Shown: positions 51,053 through 61,713, counted from the stretch's first letter. The stretch: 64,000 bases of DNA from an uncultured Pseudomonadota bacterium (GCA_900320405.1 OOHM01000001.1:203191-267190), one strand, 5' to 3'. Program-made: numbers and translations. The notes: generated by a model from the letters alone, not told the origin.

Positions 51053-51439
51053 TTAATCTTTATGTTCGCGCATATTGCGACGCATCGCGCGTTTTGCGGC
51101 ACGAAATTCTTCTTCTGAAACACAACCGTTTGCGTCAACATCTGCGACCGCCAATGCCGCCTGCATTTTTGGACATTTGATTGATTGCATATCTAAACAT
51201 CCATTTACAAAAACCGGATGCATACGGTGCATTTTTGGCCCGAATTTATGGCATGGACACACGCAAAAGTATGCGACCAAGAATCCCAATATAAACATCC
51301 CACCCAAATAGAAACATTTTTTAAGTGGTGTGCATCTGCATCCACAATGGCATTCGTGCATTTCTGGTGCCGGTGCCGCCACAGGTTTTACAACCCGTTT
51401 GGTGGTCGTGCGTTTGGTTGTTTTTGTTGTTTTTGGCAT
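51053..51439 (-). CDS. Cys/His-rich membrane protein with C-terminal EF-hand-like Ca-binding loop
   Basis: Start at MPKTTK with SD gggaga. HECHCGCRC and CVCPCH clusters flank a TM helix. DVDANGCVSEEE fits the EF-hand loop consensus. Confidence 0.5.
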   Translation of the reverse strand: MPKTTKTTKRTTTKRVVKPVAAPAPEMHECHCGCRCTPLKKCFYLGGMFILGFLVAYFCVCPCHKFGPKMHRMHPVFVNGCLDMQSIKCPKMQAALAVADVDANGCVSEEEFRAAKRAMRRNMREHKD

Positions 51440-51777
51440 ATTTTCTCCCTTTTGTTTCGACGATTTTATTGTATAGAAATTAAATTTTAATGTCCAGAAT
51501 TTTTTATCGATATTTAATTTCCCAATCAAAAAGTTTTAAATTGAATTTCTGTCGCCGATATAGTATAATTTTTGGGCAATGGCGGGTTGTCATTGTGGGG
51601 AATACAAAACCCCGTCTTAGCACGCCAGCAATGGCGATATTAATCCAATCTTTACAGGTTGGAGTTCGCCGAATATACCGAATAAGGCGGTCAATATTTG
51701 CTAAGATATTGTTTTGTATACTCCAACCATTTGTAATTTTTCAAATGGTTTTATTTTTTTTACTCAAGGGGACATCA

Positions 51778-51993
51778 ATGTTTTCAAATGGCAATATAAT
51801 AACAGAAAACCCAATACCGCAAACACTTATAACCGCGATGTACAATTATTATGCCAAAAACCAAATGACGATTGGCGAATTATATATGCTGTTGAAAATG
51901 ATAGTATCAAATTTAGAGGACGAATTGGCAACAATGGGTATGTTAGATACCACGGAACTTAATTCAAATTTGGTTGATCAAACAAAAAAGTAA
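51778..51993 (+). CDS. small hypothetical protein (71 aa)
   Basis: ATG preceded by SD caagggga. The upstream part of the long track ORF crosses promoter-like AT-rich DNA and is rejected. Confidence 0.35.
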   Translation: MFSNGNIITENPIPQTLITAMYNYYAKNQMTIGELYMLLKMIVSNLEDELATMGMLDTTELNSNLVDQTKK

Positions 51994-52017
51994 AACGCCC
52001 CGTTTGGGGCGTTCATA

Positions 52018-53850
52018 TTATTTTTGAACAAAATGCACACTGTATTGCGGTTTTTTATCCGCACCCAACGACGCGCGCACAACTTTGTTCGCGGCACTTT
52101 GCACCGCCCGAACCAGGTTGTCTTGCGATTTCCGTTCGGCCTTGGACAATGCGTCAATTGCCTTGGTAATTTCAATTTGAATTTGCCGTTTCATAAATCC
52201 GGTTGTATCAGATTCGAAAATACCGGCACTGGAAACCTCGGGCGTGCCCTTTAAGAAACCGCGTTTATCAACCGGCAATGTCACGAATATCGCGCCGTTT
52301 GATGCGATTTTTTTACGGTTTTTATAAACCTGGTCATTGGCACTGCGTTCGGTTTCGCCCTCCATAACAACGAATCCGGTTTCAATTGTTTCGCAAACAT
52401 ATGGTTCCGTGCCATCGGCCAAGGCGACCATTTCACCATTGCGTACCAACATCATATGTTTTGCACCACCGCGTTCCATTGCCATTTTCCCGTTCAGCAT
52501 TTCGTTTATATAATCGCCATGCATAGGAATAGAAACCTGGGGATGAACCATATCATAGAACCGTTCGAATTCGGGTCGTCCGGCATGACCACTGGCGTGG
52601 ACATGGTCGGTGTCATAAATTGTGTGCGTGCGAATACCCATACGCGCCAATTTGTTATACAGGAACGACACATCTTGTTCGCGCCCCGGAATAATAATGG
52701 AACTGAATACCACCGTATCGGTCGGCATTAATTTCATTTCTTTAACCTGGCCACGACACAGACGCGTCAACATCGCGAACTTTTCCCCCTGGGACCCGGT
52801 CAGGAATATTGCCTGCTTTTCCGCCGGCAAATCTTTGATTTCCGAATGCAGGTAAACATCGTCTTCATTCAAATATTTGAATTCGATTCCCATTTCACGG
52901 AATTCCGGTAACCCGACATACGGCACCGGACTTGGGTTGCTGCGTTCTTTGATTGCGGCAACGCGTCCCGCGGCGTGTGCGGCATCTGCAAACATTTTCA
53001 TACGGGCAAGGCTTCGTGAATAACCGGTGACAATAACGCGTCCCGGGGCGTTTTTCATAATTTCCGTCAAAGTATCACGAACCTGAATTTCGGTTGTTTG
53101 AACGGTTTGGCGTGCGGACGAAGTCGAATCACACGCACACGCCAACAATTTCGGGTCTGAACCAATTTCCCGCAAACGCGCATAGTCTGTACCGGGTTCA
53201 ATCGGGTTATCATCATTAAATGTCCAATCGCCGGTGTGCAGAATTTTTCCTGCGCCGGTCTTGATAATCAACATTTGTGCCTCGGGAACCGAGTGACTTA
53301 CGTGGAAAGTTTCGACGGTAAACGGTTTCAAATCCAGTGTTGCGCCCGCGGCATCAAATTCCACAATATCTTTCTTTGGGTCAAAATCTAATTCGATTCC
53401 ACGGAATGTTTTACGCAAAATTTCCGCCGGGAATCGTGTGCAGTAAATCGGCTTGCGGAACTTTGGCCAAATGTATTTCAATGCGCCGATATGGTCTTCG
53501 TGACCGTGGGTCACAACAAATGCGACAACATCTTTTTTGCGTTTTTCCAACCAAGTTGTGTCACAGTATTGAACATCACCGGCACCGATTTCTTCTTCCA
53601 GAAATCCCATACCGCAATCAACGACCAAGAATTTGCCGCGGTATTTATACAGGTACATATTTTGGCCCACGTGTTCCAAACCACCCAACGCCATAAAATA
53701 TACCTTGTTATCATTTTCATCCGATTCCGGATTGATATGTTTTTTATTAGATTTTTCTGTGGATACATGTACAGACAAATCTTCGTCCATATCTGTATCA
53801 ATATCGTCGACCACCACTTCGGGTTCGACGTGTTTGTGTAATTTCACCAT
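52018..53850 (-). CDS. rnj: ribonuclease J
   Basis: Metallo-beta-lactamase HGHEDHIG, beta-CASP and C-terminal domain. True start may be internal. Confidence 0.8.
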   Translation of the reverse strand: MVKLHKHVEPEVVVDDIDTDMDEDLSVHVSTEKSNKKHINPESDENDNKVYFMALGGLEHVGQNMYLYKYRGKFLVVDCGMGFLEEEIGAGDVQYCDTTWLEKRKKDVVAFVVTHGHEDHIGALKYIWPKFRKPIYCTRFPAEILRKTFRGIELDFDPKKDIVEFDAAGATLDLKPFTVETFHVSHSVPEAQMLIIKTGAGKILHTGDWTFNDDNPIEPGTDYARLREIGSDPKLLACACDSTSSARQTVQTTEIQVRDTLTEIMKNAPGRVIVTGYSRSLARMKMFADAAHAAGRVAAIKERSNPSPVPYVGLPEFREMGIEFKYLNEDDVYLHSEIKDLPAEKQAIFLTGSQGEKFAMLTRLCRGQVKEMKLMPTDTVVFSSIIIPGREQDVSFLYNKLARMGIRTHTIYDTDHVHASGHAGRPEFERFYDMVHPQVSIPMHGDYINEMLNGKMAMERGGAKHMMLVRNGEMVALADGTEPYVCETIETGFVVMEGETERSANDQVYKNRKKIASNGAIFVTLPVDKRGFLKGTPEVSSAGIFESDTTGFMKRQIQIEITKAIDALSKAERKSQDNLVRAVQSAANKVVRASLGADKKPQYSVHFVQK

Positions 53851-54061
53851 TTATAATCCTTTTTTAATATTTAACATTTCCGCAATCACGCGAATCCATT
53901 GCGAATAGGGCACATTGCCATATTAGTAGTGAATCTGTGATTGCGGGGCTTGCGCGGTGCATACCAACCGCACCACGCGACAAATAATACACGGTTTTTA
54001 TTAAAAACACAAGAAAAATAGAAAACGGCGCATTGCGCGCCGTTTCAACAACCCCTAACAA

Positions 54062-55309
54062 CTATCTTTGTTTTGCAAATGAATAATTCATTTTCAGGTG
54101 GTTTGCATCGTATGTTTTATTCATAATGCCGATTGTATCTTCCACAATAACGATTTCTTCATTTGTTGGAATCATAAATATTTTAACGCGACTGTCGGGT
54201 GTGGAAATTTCGCATTCGCCGGCATCCAGGCGTGCCAACGCCTTTTTGTTTTTCTCGACATCCAATTTAATGCCCAATTCTTCCAATCCAGAACAGAATT
54301 GTTCACGCAGGTAATCGTCGTTTTCGCCAACGCCCGCCGTAAATACCAACGCATCGGTATGACCCAATTCCGCCATAAACGCGCCAATGTATTTTTTAAC
54401 GGTATGAACTTCCATTTCCAATGCCAATTTGCAATCTGGATTGATTTCGCGGTTGCTTTCAACATCGCGGCGGTCCGCAAAGCACTTTGTAATCCCAAGG
54501 TGCCCCGAATCTTTGTTCAAATGTTTGGTCATTTGTTCCGGCGAAAGTTTCAATTTCTCCATAACATACAGCAACGCACCCGCATCAACATCGCCCGGAC
54601 GTGTTCCCATCATCAATCCCGCGGTTGGCGTCATACCCAATGTTGTATCAACCGCAACGCCTTTTTTGATTGCAACGCCCGATGCACCCGAACCGATGTG
54701 CATAGTAATCAAATTGCATTCAGATGCCGGTTTGCCCAACATTGCAGCCGCACGTTTGGAAACATACAGGTGGCTTGTTCCGTGGAAACCATAACGACGC
54801 ACGCCCAATTCGCGATACCACGCGTCCGGCACCGCATATCGATATGATGCCTCTGGCATGGTTTGTAAAAATGCGGTATCAAATACGGCAACCTGGGTCG
54901 CATTTGGCAACATTTGGCGCGCACTTTCAATCCCCATCAGTGATGCCGGAATATGCAACGGCATCAAATCGCGCCAGTTTTGAATTTCACGCATAACTTC
55001 GTCGTTAATTTCAACGGAAGACGCAAATTTAGAACCGCCCATAACCACGCGGTGTCCAACACCGCGAATTTCGTTCATATCAACCGATGCATCGCGCAAC
55101 ATATTCATAACAACGCCCAACGCCTCGTTATGATTTTTCATTTCGGTTTCTTTTTTCTGTTTTGTCCCATCGGGATATTTTTGTGTGATAAAAGAATCTG
55201 GCGAACCAATTTTTTCGACATTACCGCCGACAACTTGTTTTTTAGAATCCGCATCAAAGATTTGATATTTCAAACTGGATGAACCACAGTTCAACGCCAT
55301 AATATACAT
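54062..55309 (-). CDS. ackA: acetate kinase
   Basis: MALNCGSSSLKYQIFD N-terminal signature and the ASKHG fold throughout. Confidence 0.85.
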   Translation of the reverse strand: MYIMALNCGSSSLKYQIFDADSKKQVVGGNVEKIGSPDSFITQKYPDGTKQKKETEMKNHNEALGVVMNMLRDASVDMNEIRGVGHRVVMGGSKFASSVEINDEVMREIQNWRDLMPLHIPASLMGIESARQMLPNATQVAVFDTAFLQTMPEASYRYAVPDAWYRELGVRRYGFHGTSHLYVSKRAAAMLGKPASECNLITMHIGSGASGVAIKKGVAVDTTLGMTPTAGLMMGTRPGDVDAGALLYVMEKLKLSPEQMTKHLNKDSGHLGITKCFADRRDVESNREINPDCKLALEMEVHTVKKYIGAFMAELGHTDALVFTAGVGENDDYLREQFCSGLEELGIKLDVEKNKKALARLDAGECEISTPDSRVKIFMIPTNEEIVIVEDTIGIMNKTYDANHLKMNYSFAKQR

Positions 55310-55404
55310 ATTCTTTCCTTTTGGTTGAGAAATTATTACGCGGGAATCTTAGCACCCAGTCTGTGCGATTTCAACACAAAAAATCCCCCAATTGGGGGAT
55401 TAAA

Positions 55405-57915
55405 TTACGCAGCATGATAATCACCGCGGAATTTGTTGTATAGATTCATGGCCTTGGGATTAAGACGCGCTTGATTCTTTTTTGCAGATGCAAAGCGGCG
55501 TGTGTAAAGTGGACCAGTATGTGAATCGCGCCCGGTTTCCAGAAAATCCCAATATGCCATAAGTTCCTCATAAACATTTTTATGTTCATCGTCCCAACTG
55601 TTAATTTTCTTTTCGTCTTTCTTAATTGTTTCATCCAATGCCTGGATTTCTGCGGTTGCCTTTTTATATTTATTTATGGCTTCTTGGCGTGAATAAATAG
55701 AATCGTTCGTCTTGTTAAGTGTTAATAGGTGTCGGTTATATGTTGGATCGTTGCTAAGATCATCTATTTTGTCTTGGATTTTATTTCCAAGTGTTGATAT
55801 ATCAAAAGATGAACCGCGCGTAAATCCGAGTTTTGTTAATTCGTCTTCATATTTTTCTAATTGTGCCAAGATATCCGCCTGGTTTGCAGACAGCTTTTTT
55901 GAAATCTCGGGATCCTTGGTTATGGATTTTTGCCAATCCAGATAACCAATGTGTTCCACCATATCAAGCATTTCATTATATGTTTCCAGTTCAGCATTGA
56001 TTGGTGCGACTTTGGATTCCAACACGTTTTTCAAATCAATGCGCTTTTCTAAATATTTTTCTTCTATATCCAGGTCGTTATCATTTCTAATTCCGGTTGC
56101 ATCGCGTTTTGCAATTTGGTTTGTGCGGGTGGCTTCGGTATTGGCCTTGCGCTGTTCAATTTCTGCTTTTGCGGCCACATGATCTGCATCCCATCTATCA
56201 CTTGCCTGTTTCATACGTTGACCGGTTGCATCCTTTTTATTGTCCATAAATTTTTGATTAAATTTACTGCCCAGTTTTCTTGCATTGTTCCATATGAATG
56301 TTGCGCCATATCCGGCCCCGATAAAGGCGGCACGAATTGTTTTGTCAATTGCGGTTGTTACGAATTTAACGCCTTCGTTTTTATTCCAAGACAAATCTTT
56401 ATTAGACATTAGGCTAAATAAATCTTTATCGCCTTTGATTGCATCCATAACATTACTGGTTGTATTGCCATATTTAATAACAGATAACACTTCCAATGCA
56501 ATCTTGGCTTTGGCAGTTACCTTTGGGTCATCCGCTTCTGCGGCAATAATGATTATTTCTTTCACCAGGCTTTTCATTTGACGACCGCTTTTTAATGCGC
56601 CTTCAAATGCTTTTGACATTTTGGAATCAGATTGTAATTCTTTCAATGTTGAAATAAACCATTCAAACGCACCACGCGCGTTGACGTTATCTTGCAATGA
56701 TTTTTGTATATTCTTTTCATTTTCAATAATTTTTGCCAAACCATCGGTTGGTTTAATTTTGGCTTTATCCAGTGCCTTGCATATATCGCCGGATGATGCA
56801 TCCATAAATATTCTGTCGCCCTTAAATTTGGAATATTTGTCAAAATACCCCTCGTATGTATTAGATGCCCATTTTCTAATTTGTTGCGGCAATGTTAATT
56901 CTTCCTCGCGTTTTTTGGATACAAAATCCTTGGATTCAGGATTTGCATAGTCCATATCTGTTTTTGTTTTTTCTATCGCCGCAGATACTTGTTTATCACT
57001 GCCTTCATACTGTTTAAATGCATCAAAAACTTTTTGTTCGCTATACAGTTCTTTAAATATAGCGGAATACTTTAATTTGAATTTATCTTTTGCGGTGTTG
57101 CTAATATGTGATTCTGTCCAGGCGCCATAATCGTCCGCAATGCGATTGTTTGACACAGATTTTACCAAATGTTGCAAAGTATTTTTCTTGGCTACATCTG
57201 TTTCTTTATCGATAATATTTTTTAATAATTTATCAACACGTTCTTTGATCGCATCGTTACCATAGTTTGTAAATGATTCAGCAACATTTTTCAACGTAGA
57301 TTGAAATTCGTCGTTCTTGTTGTAATCTTCTTTTTCCGCCTTTTGTATAAAGTTTTCCAGCGAACCATTTAATACAGAACGCAAAATTACCTGTAATTCA
57401 CCGCCCGATGTTGGATAATCTTTTGTAATTGTTTTCAATAATTTAACCAAATTATCAATGGATGTTTTGGTGGTTGGACGTGCTATACGACTGGAATTTT
57501 TATCTGAAAATGTATCATAAAAGTTATTTATAAAGTTATACACTTTGGCATTGTCGATATAGGCATCCCTATTTTTCTTTAGCCCATCAAATGCCGTTTG
57601 ACATGCCAAATATAATTGTTCTAAATCTTCATCCGGTACATCGTCAATGTTTGGGTAATCCTGAATTTTAAAGAAACCATCTGGCGCGGGCTGGCGTAAA
57701 TATTTGGTGGGATTTATTGGGTCTTTTTCTAAATAACCGGCCCATTTTTTCATATTGTCGGTCATATTATTTTTTGACACAAAATCCTCGAACCGGACCC
57801 AACGTTCATAATCATTGTCCTGCATATCGTGCAAGCGAAGTATGTTGAAAAATTTTTTCAAAAAATCTTTACCGTTAACTGCCATATGCACCACCTTTGG
57901 TTCTGCGCCATTCAC
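55405..57915 (-). CDS. large hypothetical protein (~826-836 aa), Lys/Glu/Asp-rich, predicted mostly helical; probable start at 57886 (MAVNGK, SD aaaggtgg)
   Basis: Single long ORF. No signal peptide, TM helix or known motif. Confidence 0.5.
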   Translation of the reverse strand: MNGAEPKVVHMAVNGKDFLKKFFNILRLHDMQDNDYERWVRFEDFVSKNNMTDNMKKWAGYLEKDPINPTKYLRQPAPDGFFKIQDYPNIDDVPDEDLEQLYLACQTAFDGLKKNRDAYIDNAKVYNFINNFYDTFSDKNSSRIARPTTKTSIDNLVKLLKTITKDYPTSGGELQVILRSVLNGSLENFIQKAEKEDYNKNDEFQSTLKNVAESFTNYGNDAIKERVDKLLKNIIDKETDVAKKNTLQHLVKSVSNNRIADDYGAWTESHISNTAKDKFKLKYSAIFKELYSEQKVFDAFKQYEGSDKQVSAAIEKTKTDMDYANPESKDFVSKKREEELTLPQQIRKWASNTYEGYFDKYSKFKGDRIFMDASSGDICKALDKAKIKPTDGLAKIIENEKNIQKSLQDNVNARGAFEWFISTLKELQSDSKMSKAFEGALKSGRQMKSLVKEIIIIAAEADDPKVTAKAKIALEVLSVIKYGNTTSNVMDAIKGDKDLFSLMSNKDLSWNKNEGVKFVTTAIDKTIRAAFIGAGYGATFIWNNARKLGSKFNQKFMDNKKDATGQRMKQASDRWDADHVAAKAEIEQRKANTEATRTNQIAKRDATGIRNDNDLDIEEKYLEKRIDLKNVLESKVAPINAELETYNEMLDMVEHIGYLDWQKSITKDPEISKKLSANQADILAQLEKYEDELTKLGFTRGSSFDISTLGNKIQDKIDDLSNDPTYNRHLLTLNKTNDSIYSRQEAINKYKKATAEIQALDETIKKDEKKINSWDDEHKNVYEELMAYWDFLETGRDSHTGPLYTRRFASAKKNQARLNPKAMNLYNKFRGDYHAA

Positions 57916-57994
57916 ACACCATTATAGTACAAAATCGACCAAATTTCAAGATACGCATGATGTTTTTGTCAATGTTTATTAAGACTTCTTTCCA

Positions 57995-58708
57995 ATGGTT
58001 TGGGTGTGGCAATATGGCATAATTTATATCATGTGGATAAAAATTCGTGATTTTTTACTGCGCAGTCTGCCATATCTTATATCGATTGCCGGTGGGGTGC
58101 TGTTGTTTACTGTATCTTTGGATAATGTTCATGACCCGGCGGTTGAAGGATTGATTAGTAATATTTCTGCATCATTATTGGCGATACCGTTGGTATTCTT
58201 GCTGTACGATTACACAACAACCCGTGTGTCGCGGCGATTACAGAAAAGTCTGGCCAATGGGGTTAATGACAAAATAAATACGATAATTTTGCACTTTGTG
58301 TTTGTTTTAATGAAAATTATGGGTATGCGCAGACAGATTACACGCGCGAATATTGCCGAAATTCGCAATGTTCCAGAATCGCAAATAACCAAAAAAATGC
58401 ACCTGAGGGCAGAATATACGAACGCAATTCATCAATATTATCAAGAATTGGAAGGTCTGGTTTTGGGATATGGCAGACAAAATATTATTGCGCCCGACCA
58501 ATTACAATTATTGACGGAATTGACGCGTGATATGGCGCGCATGGTCGTTGCGCACAGATTGGGCGGGCATCGTCGAATAATTGCCGGATATATCAAAGAT
58601 ATCGCCGGTGAAATCACTGATTGGTTAAATTCCAATACTGATGTAACCAAAAATTTTGATGTCATTTTGAACAATGCGATTGCACCAGAAAAACAGGCGA
58701 AAAAATGA
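57995..58708 (+). CDS. hypothetical membrane protein
   Basis: Two N-terminal TM helices. No motif recognised. Followed by a terminator hairpin aaaaccgacacaaggtcggtttt. Confidence 0.45.
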   Translation: MVWVWQYGIIYIMWIKIRDFLLRSLPYLISIAGGVLLFTVSLDNVHDPAVEGLISNISASLLAIPLVFLLYDYTTTRVSRRLQKSLANGVNDKINTIILHFVFVLMKIMGMRRQITRANIAEIRNVPESQITKKMHLRAEYTNAIHQYYQELEGLVLGYGRQNIIAPDQLQLLTELTRDMARMVVAHRLGGHRRIIAGYIKDIAGEITDWLNSNTDVTKNFDVILNNAIAPEKQAKK

Positions 58709-58731
58709 AAACCGACACAAGGTCGGTTTTA

Positions 58732-58753
58732 ATTTTTGGTGGGGCCACAGGGA
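58732..58753. repeat. 22-nt direct repeat of the tRNA-Lys 3' end region (atttttggtggggccacaggga), preceded by its own terminator hairpin
   Basis: Identical to 58902..58923. The two copies are 170 bp apart. Both are preceded by aaaaccg-N-cggtttt hairpins. Confidence 0.7.
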
Positions 58754-58906
58754 TTGCACATCCCAACACTGCGTGTTGGGACCCTTCCACTCGTATGGTT
58801 CAAACTGCGCAGATGCTTGTTTTCACCAACTATCGTGTCGAACCCACGGGCTCTCGTCTTGTTTCCCCGGGGCAAAAATAAAAACCGCATAAGCGGTTTT
58901 GATTTT

Positions 58907-58982
58907 TGGTGGGGCCACAGGGACTCGAACCCTGGACCCAATGATTAAAAGTCATTTGCTCTACCAACTGAGCTATAGCCCC
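58907..58982 (-). tRNA. tRNA-Lys (TTT)
   Basis: Reverse complement gives a cloverleaf with anticodon loop ctTTTaa, T-loop ttcgagt and CCA. Confidence 0.85.
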
Positions 58983-59063
58983 AGAACTTTCTGTCTTTTT
59001 CCAGCAGTTCGGGGCAAATTATGACACAGTTTTATAAAAAATCAAGAAAAAATCACAAAAATA

Positions 59064-60878
59064 CTAATTTTTATTTTTTGTGTTATTTTTTCCTTTGAAT
59101 TGGATATCACGCAACTTTTTATATTCCCCGTCCAATGCGACCAATTCCGCATCAGTTCCCTGTTCGATGATATGACCGTTTTTAATAACACAGATTATAT
59201 CGGCATCCAATATAGTAGACAAACGGTGCGCAATAACAAATGTTGTACGCCCACGCATCAAATCTTTTAATGCAGATTGAATCAATTTCTCGCTTTCGGT
59301 GTCCAATGCACTTGTAGCTTCGTCCAACAACAGAATAGGGGCGTTTTTCAAAATCGCGCGCGCGATTGCAATGCGTTGTTTTTGCCCGCCCGACAGCAAT
59401 GCGCCACCTTCACCGACCCGCGATTCATATCCGTGCGGAAATTCCATAATAAAATCGTGCGCGTTTGCGGCCGTCGCGGCGGCAACTACTTCATCATGTG
59501 TTGCATTTGGTGCGCCATACTTAATGTTCGCCTCAATCGTGTCGTTGAACAGAAACACATCTTGTGATACTTCGGAAATGTTACGACGCAAAGAATCCAA
59601 TGTATATTTCCGTATGTCGCGCCCATTTATCGCGATTGTGCCCGTTTGCGGTTCATAAAATCGTTCCAACAGGTTAAACATAGTTGTTTTTCCACCACCA
59701 CTGGGGCCGACCAGGGCGCAAACCTGACCCGCCGGTACACGCAGATTTATGTCGTGCAATACGGGTTCTTCGGGAACATATGCAAAGTTCACATCGCGAA
59801 ATTCTATTGAAGGTTGCACCGCGTGCAATTCTGTCGCGTCACGCGCATCACGAATCGTTGGTTTGGTGTCCAAGAAATCAAATAACACTTCGGCCGCAAG
59901 CAACCCGTGCTGAACCGTGTCACCGACGCCGGTAATCGCCTTGGCCGGTTTGTACGCCGCGGTCAACGCCAACAGAAACGCCGTAAAATCACCGGTTGTG
60001 ATTGCGCCACTGACAATAAAATGTCCCCCCAGAATCATTGCCACACACAACCCAATCGATATAACCAATTCCATCAATGGCGAACGCAGACCGTTTGCCT
60101 GGGTGCTTTTGTACGAATTCACAATTGCATCATTTACAACGTGTTCAAACCGTTTAATCTCGGTCTTTTGGGTGGCGAACGCCTGAATGGTTTTCATTCC
60201 GCGCAGGGTCTGGTTCAATTGTTGTGAAACATTATTTGCAATGCCGAACGATTGTCGTGACAATTTCCGGCGTTTGCGCATAATAAGAATCATTGGTATC
60301 ATCAGTGCCGGCACCAAAAACACCAATATCGCGCACAACTGCGGGGCATAGTACACCATTAAACCCAATGTAATCGCCAAAGTCGCAATTTGCTGAACCG
60401 TTCGAACAATCGTTCCCGTGACCAGGTTAAGAACCGCACCCGCCTGGACCCCAAAATAGTTAAGATATTTTCCAATACCGTCACCATAAAAACTGGCCAC
60501 ATCCATATGCATCATATGCGAATAAATTCGCTTTTGCAGATGTGCCGACGCGGTTAATCCCGCCTTGGCCATAAGCAACGAACGCGCATATCCAAATGCG
60601 CCCTTTAATCCGAACGCCAATATAATCAGCATCCCGATTATATATGTAGAACCCATATTTTTTTCAATAAACGCCTGGTCAACGACGCGTTGAACCAGTG
60701 TAATAGTATAACCTTCGGCCGCCGCGGCACAGATTGTCGCGATGATACCGGCGGTCAACCATTTCCATTGGGGTTTGCCGATTTCGCGCCATATGCGACC
60801 GTATAACGACCATTTAATGCGTGCGTTTGACGCATCGCCGTGAATAAATTTTTTAACTGCGTTTATAATTTTCTTCAT
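59064..60878 (-). CDS. msbA: ABC transporter permease/ATPase, MsbA-like lipid exporter
   Basis: Six-TM N-terminal domain. Walker A GPSGGGKTT, signature LSGGQKQRIAIARA, Walker B ILLLDEATSALD. Confidence 0.8.
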   Translation of the reverse strand: MKKIINAVKKFIHGDASNARIKWSLYGRIWREIGKPQWKWLTAGIIATICAAAAEGYTITLVQRVVDQAFIEKNMGSTYIIGMLIILAFGLKGAFGYARSLLMAKAGLTASAHLQKRIYSHMMHMDVASFYGDGIGKYLNYFGVQAGAVLNLVTGTIVRTVQQIATLAITLGLMVYYAPQLCAILVFLVPALMIPMILIMRKRRKLSRQSFGIANNVSQQLNQTLRGMKTIQAFATQKTEIKRFEHVVNDAIVNSYKSTQANGLRSPLMELVISIGLCVAMILGGHFIVSGAITTGDFTAFLLALTAAYKPAKAITGVGDTVQHGLLAAEVLFDFLDTKPTIRDARDATELHAVQPSIEFRDVNFAYVPEEPVLHDINLRVPAGQVCALVGPSGGGKTTMFNLLERFYEPQTGTIAINGRDIRKYTLDSLRRNISEVSQDVFLFNDTIEANIKYGAPNATHDEVVAAATAANAHDFIMEFPHGYESRVGEGGALLSGGQKQRIAIARAILKNAPILLLDEATSALDTESEKLIQSALKDLMRGRTTFVIAHRLSTILDADIICVIKNGHIIEQGTDAELVALDGEYKKLRDIQFKGKNNTKNKN

Positions 60879-60976
60879 AGTGCACCAATTATAGAAATTC
60901 CCATCCCGTGTGTAAAGATATATTTTTTGATTGACTTTCGGAACAAAAACACATAAAATACGCGTCGCAGAGTTCT

Positions 60977-61053
60977 GGGGTTGTAGCTCAGTTGATTAGA
61001 GCGCCTGATTTGCATTCAGGAGGTCGTGGGTTTGAGTCCCATCAGCTCCACCA
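60977..61053 (+). tRNA. tRNA-Ala (TGC)
   Basis: G3:U70 acceptor pair. Anticodon loop ttTGCat. CCA encoded. Confidence 0.85.
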
Positions 61054-61183
61054 CCAATTTTCGTTATCGCGCGCATTGCGCACGATTAAGAAAATTGAGT
61101 GTCTCGCCGTAGCGCAAGCGAAGGCGGACCAGGTAAGAGATAAGTTTATAAGTTATAAAATCGCCAAAGGGGGTGAAAGGTTT

Positions 61184-61390
61184 ATGGTCAAAGTTCTGGT
61201 ACGTGATAACAACGTCGAACAGGCATTGCGTGTTGCAAAACGCAAGTCCCAAAAAGAAGGACTGTATCGTGAAATGAAAGAACGCCAGCGTTATGAAAAA
61301 CCAACAACAAAACGCAAACGTTTGAAAGAAGAAGCCGTTCGTAACGAAAAGAAACGTCAATCAAAACAAAGAATGGTTTTCGGATTCTAA
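61184..61390 (+). CDS. rpsU: 30S ribosomal protein S21
   Basis: [21 protein letters not shown]...[10 protein letters not shown] matches the S21 family. SD gggggtga. The track ORF extension over the tRNA is rejected. Confidence 0.8.
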   Translation: MVKVLVRDNNVEQALRVAKRKSQKEGLYREMKERQRYEKPTTKRKRLKEEAVRNEKKRQSKQRMVFGF

Positions 61391-61392
61391 TT

Positions 61393-61420
61393 AAAAAACG
61401 CCCGTCGGGGCGTTTTTTGT
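61393..61420 (+). terminator. rho-independent terminator
   Basis: aacgcccg-tc-ggggcgtt followed by T6. Confidence 0.7.
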
Positions 61421-61509
61421 TAGGTATTTGTTCGCATTGTGTGCGTATGTTCCGTGATGTATAATGGTATCGTCAATTATGACAAAACCAACAAAATGGG
61501 AGAAACAAA

Positions 61510-61713
61510 ATGAAAGGATTGACAGATTACGTTCTTGCACCATTAACATTTATTGGCGCAATCAATTGGGGATTGGTCGGCATATTCGGCTTTGATTTGG
61601 TCGCATGGCTGTTTGGTCCCGCCACGATGGTATCTAATATCGTTTATGCAATCATCGGTGTTGCCGCGGTTGTATGGTTGATATTGATGTTCATTGAAAG
61701 ACCGACGCGTTAA
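61510..61713 (+). CDS. DUF378-family small membrane protein
   Basis: 67 aa with two TM helices. LTFIGAINWGLVGIF motif. Confidence 0.6.
   Translation: MKGLTDYVLAPLTFIGAINWGLVGIFGFDLVAWLFGPATMVSNIVYAIIGVAAVVWLILMFIERPTR

Noticed and set aside
51490-51777. First 96 codons of track ORF 51490..51993
   Set aside because: It crosses an AT-rich promoter-like intergenic region with no SD. Only the last 71 codons have an SD and plausible start.
60992-61183. N-terminal extension of ORF 60992..61390 over tRNA-Ala(TGC)
   Set aside because: It overlaps the tRNA. The S21 homology and SD begin at 61184.
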